Source of the DNA: Eutreptiella sp. 'Long Island Sound 2002'
Taxonomy: Eukaryota > Protista > Euglenida
Length of the DNA stretch: 64,000 nucleotides
Assembly (NCBI GenBank): GCA_964036045.1
Contig: OZ038378.1
Span: forward strand, 179,118,001 to 179,182,000
Reading direction: 5' to 3'
In this document: piece after piece, positions 59,151-64,000 of the stretch
How the letters are laid out: the number at the start of each line of letters is the position of its first letter
How positions within the stretch are numbered: position 1 is the stretch's first letter
The notes under the pieces: model-generated
The model's database searches: none
The model's input: only the letters and a program-made list of their open reading frames with translations
What the model was told of the DNA's origin: nothing
Made by a program: the position numbers and the translations under genes

Positions 59151-62100
59151 TGTTTACTCACCGTCCCCGGACAAAGAAATGTACAAAACACTCCTTGTAC
59201 ATGGCTCTTACATCCTCTAGAACCAATGCATACGTGTACCCAACGGTGTATATAATACAGGCAAACCTTTTTCATTCGGTTTCCACACTCCTCCCTTCCC
59301 GTGAGAGCCGCGGCCCCTTATTTATCACAAGCAAACGGCCTCCTTGGCAGGATGTGTGGGCGGTTGTCTCATCAACACATTCAGGATGAGGTCTGTGGAG
59401 TGGAGGCAACTGCTGTCGCGTGCAAACCCCTTAGGCCACTGCATCCCTGCCTGCCCACAAAGATGGTGCACATGACACTGCAATATTCCGTTCTCTAACA
59501 CGTGCGGGTGCAATCATGGCACCCTCTTCGGGATTTTGTGATAGTGCCCCCCCCCCCCCCCGAAATGTAATGAAATACAATGCCACACGTGTTTTGTCAG
59601 TACTAAAATTTGATGCACCCAGGAGGCCAGCAGGAGGGAACGCATATCAAGGGCACGGCCCATAGGCTGGCTGGCTTTGTGTCCCTCCCGGGCTTTTTTT
59701 TTTCTCGCGCTGGTCTGCTGCAGTCCTGCAGACTCTCAAGAGAAGCTCAGAAACCAAACTCTGGATGTGCTTGGACATGACAGCCACCCTATGTTGCTAG
59801 GCTTGGACTCAGGGTACACTTGTTCTGGACTCCATTAGTGCAGGGATTACCTGCCATGCCTTACAGCATCCTCCGTGGTGGGACATCAATGGACTGTTCA
59901 TTTTACTGTGGTTTGTGAGCAGCTTGCCTGTGTTTTCCAGCAGGCACGTTTCTTCAGCTTTGCCCCTCCTGGGCTCTCCACATGGATCCCCGTCATGCCG
60001 TAGAGCAAGACGCTCCCCCGCATATCACTCAGGTTTGCTCACGGGTCGCTTGGTCGCGGCCATCTGCTGTGCACACATCACCCCAGAGGCACGCATGTGT
60101 ACTCCATGCCCATGCCCATGCCAGCAGGGAAGCCAGATATCTGTGCGGGGAAATCTCAATGAAACAACACCACCCTGAACCTGGGCATATTGACAAGAAT
60201 CAATCAACAAGATTCAAACGGGACTTTCAGCGCTTGCTAGTGGCCTTGTTGGCGCTCGGTCCGCCTTGGTGTTGCCACCACAGCATTGTCATCCCTGGCA
60301 TCCACGTTGTATTCCTCAGGTGCCACCTGCCACAGCAAGCACCCCTGCTGAGTCTCATGGTCTGCCTGGAGACCAGGTACATACAGATGGAGTGGCTTGT
60401 CCGATGTATTCACACATCCACAATTGCAATACTGCACAGGCCAATGGGTGGGCTGTGCAAAATGTTATGACCGAATTGTCCTGATTGAATTGATGAGACA
60501 TTCTGAGGCAGATGCATCCTTGGGTCAGAACAGGCTTCTACACAGGTCCACAAAAAAACACGCTACTGCTGTTGAGTTCTGAGCTGGGCTGCATTCAAAC
60601 AGCCAAGCCTGCATCACTGATTTGCCAGTGGCAGTGCTAGTAATATGCAACTTTCAACTCTGCTTGTGTGCGTCTCAGTGACACAAACTGGAAATGCCCA
60701 ACTTGGGAACCAACATGGGAAGCCCGGCCTCAACACGAGACCAACCCCAATGGCATTCACTCCGACTGGATGGGACAGGGGTGATCAATAATGGTGGGAA
60801 AAAAAGTGAGCACAGAATTGACCTCACAATTAACCTGTTAATTAAGACAACAACTGATAAAAATAACCTGCACTGATAGCTTTGTGAATGACAACACTGA
60901 TAAAGAAACACCTACACGTATAGCAGCGTGAATAGATTTGGAGGTTCTTAGGAGAAGTCCCCTGTTAAGCTTTGCCATCCACCAGGTGCTGCAGGTCTAT
61001 ACCGATCTACATGGAGGTGCTTGACTGCATGTTTCGTGGGGTGGGCGCGACACGGTAGGCCCCATGACCAGATGGCAAGCACACCAGCAAGCGGGTGAAT
61101 GTGTCCCTGCAGTCACAGCCATTGCAAGTAATCACGTGACCTCCATGGCGTCACAGCATTTGTACAGAGAGGGGAGAAGGGGCCTGGTTCTTCCACTGCT
61201 TTTTTTACCCCTCTCCGTCCCTCCAGACTGGTCAGCTGGAAGGCCTTTCTCACTAGAAGATGAGATAGATCTGACTTTGTGACACTGTGCTTGGTGTGTG
61301 TGCCAACCCCCGTCCTTCCAGTTGCCGGGAGAGCGAAGCAACCCCAGTCTCATGCACCCAAGGGTGATAGGATTGATATCTCAGGATTGGGGTCTTAGGG
61401 TCCCAATGGCTGAGCACAACGCTGTGTGGAACGCACGCCTGTGTGGTGGGAGGGTGGTAGCTAGACAAATGTTAGCTTCTTCCCAAATGCTGTGTGTGCT
61501 GGAGCGTGCAAGCACTGTGGGCCCTTGGTAAGACAAGGTAGCCCCTCAGACCGCAGTAGGAGTTGGCATGGCTGCGTTCCAGAGCCAACAGACCCTTAAA
61601 TGCATGCTACACCGTACTTTGAAACACCAAAATCTCAGGACGTTTTACGGTCAAGCACACTTATGTGGCTGGTTCATGACGTAAAAAGATTGGGCCAGCA
61701 CGGAAGGGGCAGTCCGCACTCTTCCTGTATGTATCTATATTGATCAAACCTTGATAACATTCACCAATGCACAACAATATTTCACAGCCGATTTGCAGTT
61801 TCCAAGCGTACAAGCATGCACCAATTCTATGGTTTCTGTATCCTGCATTTTGTATGCAGAGCAACCCATCTTGAGTGGGGCCCACCAGAGGGGCGGACTC
61901 ACCAACCCAACCGAATCATGTGTGTGCTGGTGAATGGTGGGGTCAAGAGTCCCGATATTCAACGGTTAGAAGCAGCTAAAAAGGAAGCAGCAGTCAGTTG
62001 CTGGGTCTTAGGTGCTCGCTTGAGATTCAGGTGTAAAGGAGTCCCACGGTCTCTGTTTCTCCAATCCCTGCCATCCCTGAAGTGGGAAGGCAAAGAATGG

Positions 62101-62664
62101 CTACTGAACCCCTGCTATGCTGGGTTCTCCAAAGAGGGGAGGAATGGAATGGCAAGACAACCTCTGCCATTCTGGGGTGCTCAACGTGGGAAGGCAAAGA
62201 ATGGCTCTGGTCAGGGGATGGCAAGGAAAAAGCGCTAACTGAAAGCTTGTGCACAAAGCAGCCACCCTGCGTCCTCTGAATCAGCTTGCTATTTTGTCAA
62301 GCTACCCACTTTTCTAAGCCACCATCAGTGAATTATCGCCTGCTGTCTGGTGACTGGCATCAACTGATGCTATAGGTTGTCTTTCTCAAAAAACAAAACA
62401 ACTTTCAATACCAAATGACAACCCTGTCATGTTGTAAAGACAATCCATGATCCACAATCCATGATTCAGCGCGTTTTTTGCATGTTGCAGGTCAGATGGA
62501 TATCAAAAGGAAGAGCAACCAGATTGTGCTGCCAGCATGCACCCTGAAACACGATGTCCACATGACCCACATACCACAGCACTCAGAACTACTCAACAAT
62601 CCTGCACCTGCAGCCAGCCCAACAACCTTAGCAATCACAAAAATCATATCCATCAACTGTTGAA

Positions 62665-63087
62665 TTAGGGCGGGAAAGAAATTGTTTCCTGAAGGGGACT
62701 CAGCCCATTTCCTGAATGCCCCCACCCCCTTCCTTGGCGGCCGTGCTGGAACGACAGGGCCCGGGCAGGGTGGTTCGAGAGTAGGGCGGGGGTGTACCGC
62801 GACACATGAGTTAACATGATCCCCGAGGCCCGCGCGCTCATTACTTCGAGGTATGCAAAAATTTCTGCTTGGGCCTCCTGGGGGCCCAACTTCCCCCAGT
62901 CCTCAAACAGGCTGGCGCGGAGGCCCATTCCCCCGACCCCCCCTTTCTTTTCCGGGCCTCCGTGCCCTCCCCCTGGTCGCCTCGTGTCGAAGGAATAATC
63001 GTCGATAAAGACATTAGAAATACAGATGTAGATCTCACGGACCACGGACCAGGGATCAACGACAGGCTGCAAGAGGCCCGCTGCCAA
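62665..63087 (-). CDS. Uncharacterised ORF or exon candidate
   Basis: 140-aa protein-like frame (IDDYSFDTRRPGGG...EDWGKLGPQEAQAEIFAYLE); no family recognised. Confidence 0.2.
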   Translation of the reverse strand: MAAGLLQPVVDPWSVVREIYICISNVFIDDYSFDTRRPGGGHGGPEKKGGVGGMGLRASLFEDWGKLGPQEAQAEIFAYLEVMSARASGIMLTHVSRYTPALLSNHPARALSFQHGRQGRGWGHSGNGLSPLQETISFPP

Positions 63088-64000
63088 GTGGCATCACGAG
63101 CTGCCACTGACAAACAGCAACGAGCAGGTGGGACAGCCCTGGGCTTCCATCATTGATTTGCTTTCTGTTGGTTGAGCGACCTCCGGCTGGGACAATACGC
63201 CAACCTGGTGTGTTTCTGCTTAGTCCTGCGAGCACGGAATTGGTCCAAAGGCGGGGCTGCGCATAGCAACAGACCCGTCCCGAGACAGGGACTGTCCAGG
63301 CTTTTGGTGACGACCCTGGGCGGAATTCTGACACTTCACTGGGCGCAAAAATCGATGACCGTTGATTGGATCCCTGCAACAAAATGTCTCAGTACGTTCC
63401 TCATCACACCAATCCTGTCCAATCGGCCAATTTTAGAGTGTAGCCGAGAAATTGCCGATGCTCGAACCAATGCAAAAATTTTACCAGCCGTGACAGACGG
63501 ATAACAGATGTTGCCAGTCGAAGTCCCTATCCTGCACCTGTGTTGCCGACCGACAACGGGAGGGATGAAACCACATCACCTACTGGCCCTCCTGAGCAGC
63601 ACGACACCACCACTTATTTTAGGCTATGCGATGCGCGCATCGCATGGTGCGAAAGGCTCATGTACTCGTACGGGTTCTGGGTGTCTGCCATCAAGCTGCA
63701 GTTTTGCTGGATTTCTGGTGCCCCCCCCCCCCCCCAAAGTCCAAAGAGAGCGCTTATCCTCTGCGGCACGCCTATACGGGCTTCCTCCACAGAAAGGGTC
63801 CTCCATATTCTGCAGTATACAATCCTCTCTCCTTTGTGCTGCAGGCAAAACCCTCCCCCTTGGGGTCTTTTGGGGTTTTGTTTTTAGAAATTCTGCAGTG
63901 GTTGCTTTTTTGCGTGCCCTTTTTTGGGTAGTGGGCAAGGTGAAGCTTGGCAAAGTGCAAACGTGCGCACGCTACCGAACGTGACCGTCAAACACACTGT

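Overview
Eukaryotic nuclear DNA, most likely from a photosynthetic euglenid. Two clues point there: the ChlD proteins carry a euglenophyte-type plastid presequence with two hydrophobic segments, and an 18S fragment has euglenozoan-style bases. The exact species cannot be determined. There are no prokaryotic operons and no CRISPR arrays. Two gene systems are well supported, both on the minus strand. (1) An 8-exon gene (28745->9924), reconstructed by hand, encodes a ~1614-aa secreted modular protein: signal peptide, PAN/apple-like repeats, seven WD40 repeats split 5+2 around a long Cys-rich insert, sushi-like repeats, a ~560-aa Ser-Pro stalk and a Cys-rich C-terminus. Six of its introns are GT-AG; one ~4.3 kb intron has no GT donor at the position the protein pattern requires. 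(2) Three near-identical, intronless copies of Mg-chelatase subunit D (chlD) lie in segmental duplications. The rest is a dense mosaic of TIR/MITE-like elements, short poly(A)-tailed retro-insertions with long target-site duplications, tRNA-headed repeats, degenerate LINE-like frames, microsatellites and G/C homopolymer runs. A short fragment of the 18S rRNA 5' end sits inside one intron. All models come from manual reading; no database searches were run.
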